Source of the DNA: Promethearchaeota archaeon
GTDB taxonomy: Archaea > Asgardarchaeota > Thorarchaeia > Thorarchaeales > Thorarchaeaceae
Reading direction: 5' to 3'
Assembly: GCA_014728035.1 (NCBI GenBank)
Contig: WJMJ01000022.1
Location: 83,608-147,607 of the forward strand
DNA: 64,000 nt
In this document: positions 18,218 to 26,875 of the stretch, one piece after another
How the letters are laid out: each line of letters opens with the position of its first letter
How positions within the stretch are numbered: the first letter of the stretch is position 1
The notes under the pieces: model-generated
Databases searched by the model: none
The model's input: the letters and a program-made list of their open reading frames with translations, nothing else
Told to the model about the DNA's origin: nothing
Made by a program: the position numbers and the translations under genes

Positions 18218-19237
18218 TTGAGTATCACCATCAATCGAATGGGGATTACATTGGATAGAACAAAATCATATGCTTTAATCATATTTTTGATGCTTCTGTC
18301 AATAAGCGGGAACCATTCGCTATTTGTTACTTCACAACAATCTTCAACTCCTCAATCCTGTACGATTGCTACGTTATCGATTGGTGATTCTGTTCTCTTT
18401 GGTAACAATGAAGACTATTCCATGAAAGGAACTGCATTTTGGTTCGTTCCATCTGATACTGGTTATGGTGCAGTTATCTTTGGATACTATGGAAACTGGC
18501 ATCCCGCGGATGGTTTCGCACAAGGTGGCATGAATGAAATGGGCCTTTGTTGTGATGCTAATGCTCTCTCAGATGCACCTCTAAATGCTAAACCTGAATT
18601 GGAACCTGCTCCATTTGATTTCTTCCCGCCTATTCTGGAGGAATGTGCCACCGTTAATGATACGATTAACTGGTTCCAAACTCATGATTTCGGTCCAGTG
18701 GCCCATGGTCAATTTCACTTTGCAGACGCAAATGGTGATGCTGTCGTAATCAGCGCAGGCGAAAATGGTGAGTGGGCATTTTCTAGACTTGGTGATGATG
18801 AGTATCTACTCTCTACTAACTTCAATCTGGTGAATCCAGACAATGGCTGGCATCCCTGTTGGCGCTATGAAACAGCTGATGAGATGCTTTCTGAATTCAA
18901 TCACGAGGCCAATGTGACAGTAAGTAATCTGGCAGACGTAATGCAGGCAACCATTCAGACTGGTGCATATCCTACTCAATACACAAATATCTTCAATCCA
19001 AAATCACTTGACTTCTATGTCTGGCATAATGGAGATTTTTCTGAGTATAGGATATACAATTTGGCTGATGAGTTAGAGAACCTAACTGAGATCACATATC
19101 ACAAAATTCCAGTTGAACTCGGTGAGCCAGATTGGTTCTTCCCGCCACAGCTCCCAGTATTCGTTGCAATACCTGTTGGAATTGTTGCTATTGTTTCAAT
19201 TCTTATCGTCTGGTATGTAAAAAGACGACGAAAATAA
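18218..19237 (+). CDS. Secreted, membrane-anchored Ntn-hydrolase (choloylglycine hydrolase/C45-like)
   Basis: Signal-like N-terminus, then CT...LFGNNED, GGMNEMGL, HFADANG, TNF, RY; C-terminal TM helix + KRRRK. Confidence 0.8.
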   Translation: MSITINRMGITLDRTKSYALIIFLMLLSISGNHSLFVTSQQSSTPQSCTIATLSIGDSVLFGNNEDYSMKGTAFWFVPSDTGYGAVIFGYYGNWHPADGFAQGGMNEMGLCCDANALSDAPLNAKPELEPAPFDFFPPILEECATVNDTINWFQTHDFGPVAHGQFHFADANGDAVVISAGENGEWAFSRLGDDEYLLSTNFNLVNPDNGWHPCWRYETADEMLSEFNHEANVTVSNLADVMQATIQTGAYPTQYTNIFNPKSLDFYVWHNGDFSEYRIYNLADELENLTEITYHKIPVELGEPDWFFPPQLPVFVAIPVGIVAIVSILIVWYVKRRRK

Positions 19238-19247
19238 AGAAGTGATG

Positions 19248-19286
19248 TGGTTGAAGGCTAGTAGATTTGTTCTACCACTTCAACCA
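19248..19286. terminator. Long hairpin between the convergent Ntn-hydrolase and mvhA genes
   Basis: TGGTTGAAG..GTAGA-tttgt-TCTAC..CTTCAACCA, followed by T8 on the plus strand. Confidence 0.55.
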
Positions 19287-19308
19287 AATTCCATTTTTTT
19301 TGGATGTT

Positions 19309-20622
19309 CTACTTGATCATAGGGTCTGGTAGTTCAAGGCCTTCGTGAGCCTTATCTTCAAAGACTTGCTTGGCAGCGACTAGTAGGCTCTTCTCAATTC
19401 CTGCTATATTGTGGTTTGTTGCGACAATAAGGTTGGCTTTCGTGATGAGGCCTTCTTCATCAGACCAGTAATTATGAATGAGTGTACCTCGTGGTGCTTC
19501 AACACATCCAACTCCTTGTCCTTTCTGTGGTTCAACATCCGATAGTTTAACATCAGTGCTGACAATTTCGGGGTCTTTGAGAAGTATCTCAATCTCTTCG
19601 ATTGCTTGTACTAATTCGATAATTCTTGCCCAATGGTATGCAAAAGTTGCATGTATTACTCGCCCAAGTTTATCCCGCATCTCCTCTAATGCTTCATTTG
19701 CTATTGGAGTGGCCATCTTATCAGCTACATTCACTCGCGCTAAAGAGTTAGCTCTCCAGATTCCTTCAGGATAACCTACTTCTTTGTAGTAGATATGAGT
19801 GGCATAGGAGTGGTCCGAAACGTATTCACCCATGTACTTCTTGTACTGCTTTGGTTTGAAGTCTTCGACAATCTCTCCCTCTGGATTCATGATCCGAATC
19901 TTACCGTCATAAATCTCCAAGTCGCCTTTGTTATGCATCCCTACATAGTATGTTGGTGCAATAGCTAGCTTTGTAATTGGGTCCCAGTAATCCGTAACGA
20001 CCTTCTTTGCTAAATCCACGGTCTGAAGCGTCCATTCCTTGGCTTCCTTGACTCTTTCAAGGAATGTATCTCGCTTTTCTTCAGAGAATGGGTTGAGCAT
20101 ACCACCTGGAGTAGCTGTTACAGGATGAATTGCTTTCCCACCAACAGCTGTTATGAGTTCCTGCCCGAATTTCATGACTTGAAGTGCAAGTTTTCCAACA
20201 TCAGGTAATTCCTTGATGATGGTTGCGACATTACGTCTTGCTGGATCTGCAAAAGGCCCAACAACAAAATCCGGTGCAGCAAGCGCAAAGAAGTGTAATG
20301 CGTGACTACTGTATTGTTTAGCATTGATAATCAATCTACGTAATTTGATGGCTGCCGGTGGGGGTGTGACCTTCCAAGCCTCCTCTACCGCCTTGACTGA
20401 TGCAAGATGGTGGGGAACTGGACATATCCCACAGATTCGTGGTGCTATTCGTGGGGCTTCTTCTGCAAATCTACCCTCTAGGAATTTCTCAAAGAATCGT
20501 GTTGAAGATACATTAAATTGCACATCTTTGACTTTGCCATCCTTAGTCAACTTCACCGTTAGCTCGCCATGCCCCTCAAGTCGGGTAACTGGCGCAATTT
20601 TGATAGACTTTTCGTCAGTCAT
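19309..20622 (-). CDS. mvhA: [NiFe]-hydrogenase group 3c large subunit (MvhA/VhuA-type), lacking the C-terminal DPCxxC motif
   Basis: PVTRLEGHG, RFFEKFLEGR, L1 RICGICPVPH, EAPRGTLIH, ANLIVAT; ends at PDPMIK with no L2 motif. Confidence 0.9.
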   Translation of the reverse strand: MTDEKSIKIAPVTRLEGHGELTVKLTKDGKVKDVQFNVSSTRFFEKFLEGRFAEEAPRIAPRICGICPVPHHLASVKAVEEAWKVTPPPAAIKLRRLIINAKQYSSHALHFFALAAPDFVVGPFADPARRNVATIIKELPDVGKLALQVMKFGQELITAVGGKAIHPVTATPGGMLNPFSEEKRDTFLERVKEAKEWTLQTVDLAKKVVTDYWDPITKLAIAPTYYVGMHNKGDLEIYDGKIRIMNPEGEIVEDFKPKQYKKYMGEYVSDHSYATHIYYKEVGYPEGIWRANSLARVNVADKMATPIANEALEEMRDKLGRVIHATFAYHWARIIELVQAIEEIEILLKDPEIVSTDVKLSDVEPQKGQGVGCVEAPRGTLIHNYWSDEEGLITKANLIVATNHNIAGIEKSLLVAAKQVFEDKAHEGLELPDPMIK

Positions 20623-21527
20623 TTTTCTTCTCGCTCCTTGTCACGAATCTTTGAAAGGTATGATGCTCCATAATCTGTGAAATAAAAACTGCCTATTGGA
20701 TCTGGAAATGCTTTTTCCAATTCTTCAGGATCCATATCTGCAACAGCACCAAGAGCTGAGATTATTTTAGCTCCGTGGTCTTTGATTCCCGGTGGGGGTC
20801 CAAAGCATCCCTTACAGGGTGTATTTACTGTTGGACACTGAGCTCCACACATTCCAATGGTTGCAAAACCAAGACAGAGATATCCTTGGTCAAGTAGACA
20901 TTTATCAGGATCAATCTTTCCTTCATGAGCACGATAAAACTTAGTGATATTCTTTTCTTTTCGTTCCTTGGGACATTCATCACAGACCGTCTTTGTCGGG
21001 AGGTCAAATGGCTTTCCAGTTAGAAGAGCTGATAATGCTTCAAGTGTGTTCTCGCTTGTTGGAGGGCAACCCGGTAGAGGAACATCAAACTTGACAATCT
21101 CTGTATTTGGTACAATACTCTCGGTGAAACCTGGCATTTCTTCTTCAGGAATTCTACCATCTTCTACGGTATCCGCTTCCAGAAACTTTCTTTCAAGTAA
21201 TTCCTTCAATTCCCACTGATTACCAAGTCCTTGAACTCCTCCATAACACGAACAAGAGCCCCAAGCTACGAGTATTTTCGCTTTCTTCCGCATTACCTTT
21301 AGCAAGTGAAGATCTTCTTTGGTCCTGCAGCTGCCTTCTACCAACCCAATATGGATTGATCCATCGGGCATTGATTCTAAGTCTTTAAGTTTGAAATCAA
21401 CAACAGCTGGCCAATAAACAATCTCCAATTGTGGGAGGACTTCTAATAATTTGAGGTGTAAATCCACTAGTGCTTGGTCGCAGCCCCAACACGATGTTAG
21501 TTGTGCAAGAGCGATTCTCTTTACCAC
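20619..21527 (-). CDS. mvhG: F420-non-reducing hydrogenase small subunit
   Basis: SCWGC, GSCSCYGG, LPGCPP, TVCDECP, CLLDQGYLCLG, CGAQCP, CKGCFGP. Confidence 0.92.
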   Translation of the reverse strand: MVKRIALAQLTSCWGCDQALVDLHLKLLEVLPQLEIVYWPAVVDFKLKDLESMPDGSIHIGLVEGSCRTKEDLHLLKVMRKKAKILVAWGSCSCYGGVQGLGNQWELKELLERKFLEADTVEDGRIPEEEMPGFTESIVPNTEIVKFDVPLPGCPPTSENTLEALSALLTGKPFDLPTKTVCDECPKERKEKNITKFYRAHEGKIDPDKCLLDQGYLCLGFATIGMCGAQCPTVNTPCKGCFGPPPGIKDHGAKIISALGAVADMDPEELEKAFPDPIGSFYFTDYGASYLSKIRDKEREEK

Positions 21528-21529
21528 TT

Positions 21530-22000
21530 CTATTCACCTATTCCTGCTGGGTTCGGTCCGAGTTTCTTAACGGTTTCAACCATGATTTTTACACCTTCTG
21601 TAAATACGTCTCCTTCTGCAGCGCTGGCCCATTGTAGTCTTATGCGGTCAGGTTCAATGCCTGCTGCTTCCACCATCTTTTGAAGCAGTGCAAAACGTGC
21701 ACGCATCTTCAAATTGCCTGTGGAATAATGGCAGTCTCCTGGATGACAGCCAGAGATGAGTACTCCGTCTGCTCCTTGATTGAGTGCGTCTAGGATGAAT
21801 GAAGGGTCAATTCTACCTGTACAGTTCACTCGGATAATCCGAACATTCGGTGGCATTTGCAATCTGCTTGTGCCTGCCAGGTCTGCGCCTGCATAACTGC
21901 ACCAATTGCAACAAAACGCAACAATACGCGGCTCAAAACCTGAACCCTTCTTGCGTTTGGATTTCGTTGCTGTCTTGGATCTTTGTGAAGTTGCTGTCAA
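21530..22000 (-). CDS. mvhD: Hydrogenase iron-sulfur subunit MvhD (all-Cys form)
   Basis: FCCNWCSYAGADLAG, RVNCTGR, GCHPGDCHY, WASAAEG; TTG start after GGAGGT. Confidence 0.93.
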   Translation of the reverse strand: MTATSQRSKTATKSKRKKGSGFEPRIVAFCCNWCSYAGADLAGTSRLQMPPNVRIIRVNCTGRIDPSFILDALNQGADGVLISGCHPGDCHYSTGNLKMRARFALLQKMVEAAGIEPDRIRLQWASAAEGDVFTEGVKIMVETVKKLGPNPAGIGE

Positions 22001-22160
22001 GTTCGTGGGACCTCCCGCGGACAGTTTAGCTCCGGTTCGCTGTCACTCTATTAAGATTGCCGGATTGGTAGCTTATTTTCAACATTTCAGATGTCAAAAG
22101 CTATCCTTTTTAATCTGGATTGAGAAGTGTATCATGTCCATGGATATTGGAGATAATAGC

Positions 22161-22394
22161 ATGATAATGGCATTCATTATGGCAAAAGTAGACTCGCCAA
22201 AAGCGAGAGAAGTCTTAGAAAAAGTAAGAAGTCTAGATGAGGTCCAAGAGGCATTCCTCATTTATGGCGCATATGACTTGATTGTTCAGGGTCAATTCAA
22301 AAATCCAGAGGCACTGAGTGCATTTGTTGTTGACCGGCTGCGTGCAATAGAAGGCATCCATGACACTACTACAAATGTCTGTGCTACTTGTTAA
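22161..22394 (+). CDS. Lrp/AsnC ligand-binding (RAM) domain protein, stand-alone
   Basis: MAFIM...VQEAFLIYGAYDLIV...LRAIEGIHDTTT; ATG 22161 after GGAGA. Confidence 0.85.
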   Translation: MIMAFIMAKVDSPKAREVLEKVRSLDEVQEAFLIYGAYDLIVQGQFKNPEALSAFVVDRLRAIEGIHDTTTNVCATC

Positions 22395-22412
22395 ACAAAG
22401 GAGAATTCACAT

Positions 22413-22733
22413 TTGGTTACTGAAGTTCACAGCAAAAGGATATACAAGTTCAAACCTCGTTTCGGAGCTCAAGTTCAGATGACAGCAGCAGAAATAAGAT
22501 CCGCTATCTTGAATTTGGGAAGTCAAATAACTGGTGCTAAGTATACGGTTGAGGTTCTTTCAGAAAAAGACGACTCGATTGAGGTTTATTGCATAGCTCC
22601 TACTGGTCAGCTTGTCTATGAGATGGATTCAAAGTTGATGTTTAAAATTCTAAACTTCTGTGAAAAGACTAATCTTGATTTTAGTGTTGGAGAACTGAAA
22701 GCAAAGACCCCGGATATGGAAGAGTGGGAGTAG
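22413..22733 (+). CDS. Hypothetical protein
   Basis: 106-aa ORF with AAGGAG SD, co-oriented with the AsnC gene. Confidence 0.6.
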   Translation: MVTEVHSKRIYKFKPRFGAQVQMTAAEIRSAILNLGSQITGAKYTVEVLSEKDDSIEVYCIAPTGQLVYEMDSKLMFKILNFCEKTNLDFSVGELKAKTPDMEEWE

Positions 22734-22740
22734 CTTCAAC

Positions 22741-24624
22741 CTACTCCTTCTTCCTAATTTTATCTTTTTCAAGTCCTAGTCTTTCTAAGGTTTCATCGCG
22801 CGGCAGACCCGTTTCGATATCCCACCCTCTTCGTTCATAATATTCATCAAGCATCTGATTCAGTTCTACTACTTCTCCTTTATTCGGGCCAAGAGGCGCT
22901 GGCTCGTGAGTCAATCGTTTTGGTAATTGGTCGTCCTGTCTTGTTATTCCCAATCTCATATTGAATAGTCGATTAAGATTTACAATTCTCTCTCCAATTA
23001 TCTGGAGTTCCTCTCCAGTAAATTCGAGACCTGTATGAACTTTTAGTGCTAGAGCGACATCTTCATAGTAGAACTCTGGAGGAATCTGTGTTCCATATTT
23101 ACAGAGGCCAACACTCTCAATCATGACCATGAAATCCTCACATTCCTTTACCATGATGCCTTTGTATGTTGGATTCAAACGTTCAGCCATCTCAGGAAGG
23201 TATTCTTCACCAAACCTCTCTTTGATCTCATCATCAAATCCAGCTTCATCCAAAACCGGAAATGCATATAGATGGTCTGCACCCCGTGCAGCAGTAACCG
23301 CTGCCAATCCCATGGATTTCTGTGCCCTTGGTTCTTGTCCTGCAATCTCTTGCTTCTTAACTGCCATTACGAACTTTTCAGATCCTTTTCCGATTTTCTG
23401 AGCTGCTCGGAAACTCCCTTCAGCTAGGATGTCACCAAAGCCTTCTCTCAATGCTATCATCTTTGTTAGTTTGACTACGGTTTCATGATTACCCCAACCG
23501 AGATCAATGCCATCCGTGTCTTCAGCTGTGATAATTCCCTCGTCCCAAGCTTCCATTGCCCATGAGATTGTTGCACCTAATGAAATAGTGTCCATTCCGT
23601 ATTGATTTGCCAAGTGATGAGAATAGAGTACTGACTCAACATTGTCGTTTCCACAACGAGAACCAAGTGATGATTGAGACTCGAATTCTGGAGAGCCTCC
23701 CTCGTACTTGTATGGTCCTGTTGGAACTGCGGTATATCGTCCACATCTTTGTAAACAGCTCCAATCGGCCCTAGGTTTCACGAGATAGTCCTTTGTAATG
23801 GTTTCTCCACTAATAGCTTCATACCCGTCAAACACCCCTTGACGCATGTTGTAGCTCGGTAATCGTCCGATATGTTGCATCAATTCAACTAGATTCGTTG
23901 TACCATATCGTGCACGTTCAGGTGTGAATGGATTGGCTAGCATACGCTTGTAGAATTCATCCATGCGTTCGAGATACTCTTTTGGTTCTGCGACCTCTAT
24001 TTTTCCAGTTCCTCTTACCACGATAGCTTTGATTTTTTTAGAACCCATAACTGCTCCGAGACCCGACCTAGCTGATGCTCTGTCTCTATCATTCATCACT
24101 GCGGCAAATCTGACTAAATTCTCTCCTGCTTGTCCTATAGATAGTACTCTGCTCTTTCGACCATGCTTCTCTCTGAGATAGTCGTCTGTGGTAAAGACAT
24201 CGGTTCCCCATATTTCATCAGCGCTTTCTAATGTTACATTCTCATTGTGAATGTTAAGATAAACCGGTTCTTTTGATGCTCCTGTAAAGAATACTGCATC
24301 ATATCCAGCTAGCTTGATCTCTGTTCCCCAGAAACCTGCAGAATGACTCTCTCCCCAGACATTGGTTAAAGGGGAAAGGGCAGCTACTACTATTCTTGAG
24401 GCTTGTGGAAACATAGAGCCTGTAAGCAATCCTGTTGCAACACCAAGGACATTTTTCGGTGAGAGTGGATCGATGTCTGGAGAAATCTCGTCATACAATA
24501 CTCGCGATAGGTATCCTGCTCCAAGAAGGTATTTTTTGATAGTCTCTTCAGGAATCGGTTTCTTTTCCACTTCACTTTTTGTCAAGTTGACCCATAATAT
24601 CTCTCCACCTACACCTTTTATCAA
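22741..24624 (-). CDS. Tungsten-dependent aldehyde:ferredoxin oxidoreductase family protein (AOR-1)
   Basis: SPLT, GESHSAG, KLAGYD, IGQAGENLV, ARSGLGAVMGSKK, GMDTIS, RGADH, GLCKY, YYERRGWD..TGLP. Confidence 0.93.
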   Translation of the reverse strand: MIKGVGGEILWVNLTKSEVEKKPIPEETIKKYLLGAGYLSRVLYDEISPDIDPLSPKNVLGVATGLLTGSMFPQASRIVVAALSPLTNVWGESHSAGFWGTEIKLAGYDAVFFTGASKEPVYLNIHNENVTLESADEIWGTDVFTTDDYLREKHGRKSRVLSIGQAGENLVRFAAVMNDRDRASARSGLGAVMGSKKIKAIVVRGTGKIEVAEPKEYLERMDEFYKRMLANPFTPERARYGTTNLVELMQHIGRLPSYNMRQGVFDGYEAISGETITKDYLVKPRADWSCLQRCGRYTAVPTGPYKYEGGSPEFESQSSLGSRCGNDNVESVLYSHHLANQYGMDTISLGATISWAMEAWDEGIITAEDTDGIDLGWGNHETVVKLTKMIALREGFGDILAEGSFRAAQKIGKGSEKFVMAVKKQEIAGQEPRAQKSMGLAAVTAARGADHLYAFPVLDEAGFDDEIKERFGEEYLPEMAERLNPTYKGIMVKECEDFMVMIESVGLCKYGTQIPPEFYYEDVALALKVHTGLEFTGEELQIIGERIVNLNRLFNMRLGITRQDDQLPKRLTHEPAPLGPNKGEVVELNQMLDEYYERRGWDIETGLPRDETLERLGLEKDKIRKKE

Positions 24625-25118
24625 GATTCTACCTCCTTATTGTAGAGAACTTCACTATGCTCTTCATGAAGATTCAGAATTCGGTTGTCTGAATCTTTTT
24701 CTTTCAATTCTCTCTCGGTTGTTAACCATATTGCGTCTACTGGGCATCTTTCAACACAGGCTTCACACTGTATACATTTGAAGGCCTTCCCCGTATCTGG
24801 ATGGATTCTGATTGCAAAATATGGACATGCTTCAACGCATGCGCCTGTGCCATCACATTTTCTATTATTGACTATAACCACTCCTTTGGATGTACGCATC
24901 AATGCTTCATTCGGGCATGCCTCTATACAAGGAGCATCTTCACAGTTTCTACAAAAAACCGGAAAATCCAAACCTGGTTCTATTCGTTCTGCTCGTACCC
25001 TTGATCTCTCAGGACTAATGACTTTGTAAAATTTCATGCTGCACACATTGACACATATCATACATCCTGTGCATATATGGGGGTCTCCAATAACAAACTG
25101 TAGTTCACTCATATTCAT
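24621..25118 (-). CDS. 4Fe-4S polyferredoxin subunit (AorA/DmsB-like)
   Basis: CTGCMICVNVC, CRNCEDAPCIEACP, CDGTGACVEACP, KCIQCEACVERCP. Confidence 0.9.
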   Translation of the reverse strand: MNMSELQFVIGDPHICTGCMICVNVCSMKFYKVISPERSRVRAERIEPGLDFPVFCRNCEDAPCIEACPNEALMRTSKGVVIVNNRKCDGTGACVEACPYFAIRIHPDTGKAFKCIQCEACVERCPVDAIWLTTERELKEKDSDNRILNLHEEHSEVLYNKEVES

Positions 25119-26503
25119 GCTTCCTCCTCAATTGTTCTTCCTCCCATTGGCTGGTATTGACCATAACCTGGCTTAACCAATATCTTTCCGTCTTCATAGA
25201 CTGGTAATCCTCTCACTAGAGTCATCAAAGGTACACCCTTCATCTTCAAACCTTCATAGATTGTCCAATCGCATTTTGAGAGCATCATATCGGAAGTAAT
25301 CTTTTCTTCCTTTGTCTGGTCTACTATTACTATATCTGCATCGGATCCTACCTGTAACACTCCTTTTTTGGGATATAATCCAAATATCTTCGCAGGATTT
25401 TTTGATGCTACTTGTACCAACTTCTGGATAGAGATTCGGGCTTTATTGACACCCTCGGAGAGTAGAACACGTAGAATCATCTGAATTCCATCCACTCCTG
25501 ACCATGCTTGTCGAATATCATCCTTTCCTAGTTCTTTCTTTTCGATTGGACTGGGTGCATGATCACTTACTGTTATGTCTATCATTCCTCTAAGAAGCGC
25601 AGACCAAAGCTCTGCACGATCCTGTTTTGATCTTAGCGGCGGATTCATTTTGCTCCTTGGTCCGATTCTGTTCATCTCATCCCGGTGGAACACTAGATGA
25701 TGTGGACAGACCTCTGTGGTTACCATCACACCACTAAGTTTTCCTTTCTCTATTTCTCGTACCCCCTCTCGGGTGGATATGTGGGCTATGTGTAGATGTC
25801 CTCCAGTTTGTTCAGCGATACCTATAACCTGTCGAACTGCTAGTTGTTCTGCCAGATTGGGGCGTGAGAGCGAATGACTAACAGGTGCATCCCATTCATT
25901 CTTCATGTCTTTGCTGAATTCATCAAGCACTCCTTGGTCTTCACAATGAACCGTGATATGTCCTCCGTTGACTGAAACTTCACTAAGTAATCGTGTTAGT
26001 ACCCCGGTGTTTGTATAGAATGGTTCGCAAGTGAATGCTTTGAAAGCAGCTGCACCTCTTGCAATCATCTCTGGTATCACTGGATAATTGAACTCGTTCA
26101 TCATACCTACATTGAATGAGAAATCAGTTATTGAGAGTCTAGACCCATCATCTATCTTTTCTTGTAAGAGTGTAGGTGTGTCCATTTGACTGACTAAAGG
26201 CATATCGATGATGGTTGTTACTCCACCTGCTGCGGCTGCAAATGATCCTGGTGTAAACTCTTCGTGGTCAAGCATTCCTCTATCATGGATATGTGCATGT
26301 CCATCTATAAGACCCGGCAATACCAGCTTCTGTTTGGCGTCAATGACTCTATCACCTTGAGGCAGATGATTATCTGTTGCAATAATACAAATGGTTCCAT
26401 TTTTTATTCCGATACCTCCCTGGACAATTCCTGATTCGAGAACCAATTTTCCATTTGTAATGACTGTGTCAACTGGTTTATTCAAACTTGTTTCCTCCTC
26501 CAA
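25115..26503 (-). CDS. Cyclic amidohydrolase (allantoinase/dihydropyrimidinase/dihydroorotase family)
   Basis: PGLIDGHAH, AAAAGGVTT..DMP, FKAF, VHCE, HIAHIST, EVCPHHL, KMNPPLR, SDHAP. Confidence 0.9.
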   Translation of the reverse strand: MEEETSLNKPVDTVITNGKLVLESGIVQGGIGIKNGTICIIATDNHLPQGDRVIDAKQKLVLPGLIDGHAHIHDRGMLDHEEFTPGSFAAAAGGVTTIIDMPLVSQMDTPTLLQEKIDDGSRLSITDFSFNVGMMNEFNYPVIPEMIARGAAAFKAFTCEPFYTNTGVLTRLLSEVSVNGGHITVHCEDQGVLDEFSKDMKNEWDAPVSHSLSRPNLAEQLAVRQVIGIAEQTGGHLHIAHISTREGVREIEKGKLSGVMVTTEVCPHHLVFHRDEMNRIGPRSKMNPPLRSKQDRAELWSALLRGMIDITVSDHAPSPIEKKELGKDDIRQAWSGVDGIQMILRVLLSEGVNKARISIQKLVQVASKNPAKIFGLYPKKGVLQVGSDADIVIVDQTKEEKITSDMMLSKCDWTIYEGLKMKGVPLMTLVRGLPVYEDGKILVKPGYGQYQPMGGRTIEEEA

Positions 26504-26780
26504 TTGGTGGAAATAGTGCTACAGCATCTCCATCGGAAAGTTTTGTATCATAGCCATCTAGAAGTTCGATTCGTTTTCCGTTTATCATGCAGGAGAAAAA
26601 GCGTTTCAATCTCTCTCCTTCTTCATTAAAAACGGTCTCGACAAATTCTCTTCCAAATCTGTCTTTGAGTTTATCCAAAAGTTCTTTGATTGTTTCTGCT
26701 TGCAATTCAATCTTACTCACACCAGTAACACTACGAATTGTTGCAAAGAACTTGACAGTGACCTTGGCCAAATTGAACAC
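26478..26780 (-). CDS. Ubiquitin-like MoaD/ThiS/SAMP sulfur carrier with C-terminal extension (GGG-NKFE)
   Basis: VTVKFFAT, MING.....L....T.L.DGD.VALFPPIGGG; probable start TTG at 26771. Confidence 0.88.
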   Translation of the reverse strand: MFNLAKVTVKFFATIRSVTGVSKIELQAETIKELLDKLKDRFGREFVETVFNEEGERLKRFFSCMINGKRIELLDGYDTKLSDGDAVALFPPIGGGNKFE

Positions 26781-26875
26781 CTACTAGACAAATACGGAAG
26801 GCCGATTTAATAGTTAGGAAATGATTCCTCCATAGAAATATAGGGGACAAATCTCTAATTTCTACATCAAACATC

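Noticed and set aside
19248-19286. Hairpin after the hydrogenase operon as a SECIS element
   Set aside because: No AUGA/GA core on the coding strand and no in-frame TGA in mvhD, mvhG or mvhA
19235-19311. Stop-codon read-through of mvhA: the downstream frame reads *NIQKKWNLVEVVEQIY*PSTT, loosely in register with the NxVEMxIRAYDP motif
   Set aside because: It needs two TAG read-throughs and still yields no CxxC ligands; the same bases form a strong hairpin, which explains them more simply. A decayed remnant cannot be fully excluded.
21906-22160. N-terminal 85 codons of the 162-aa ORF
   Set aside because: Overlaps mvhD and its promoter; the recognisable AsnC domain starts at ATG 22161 with its own SD
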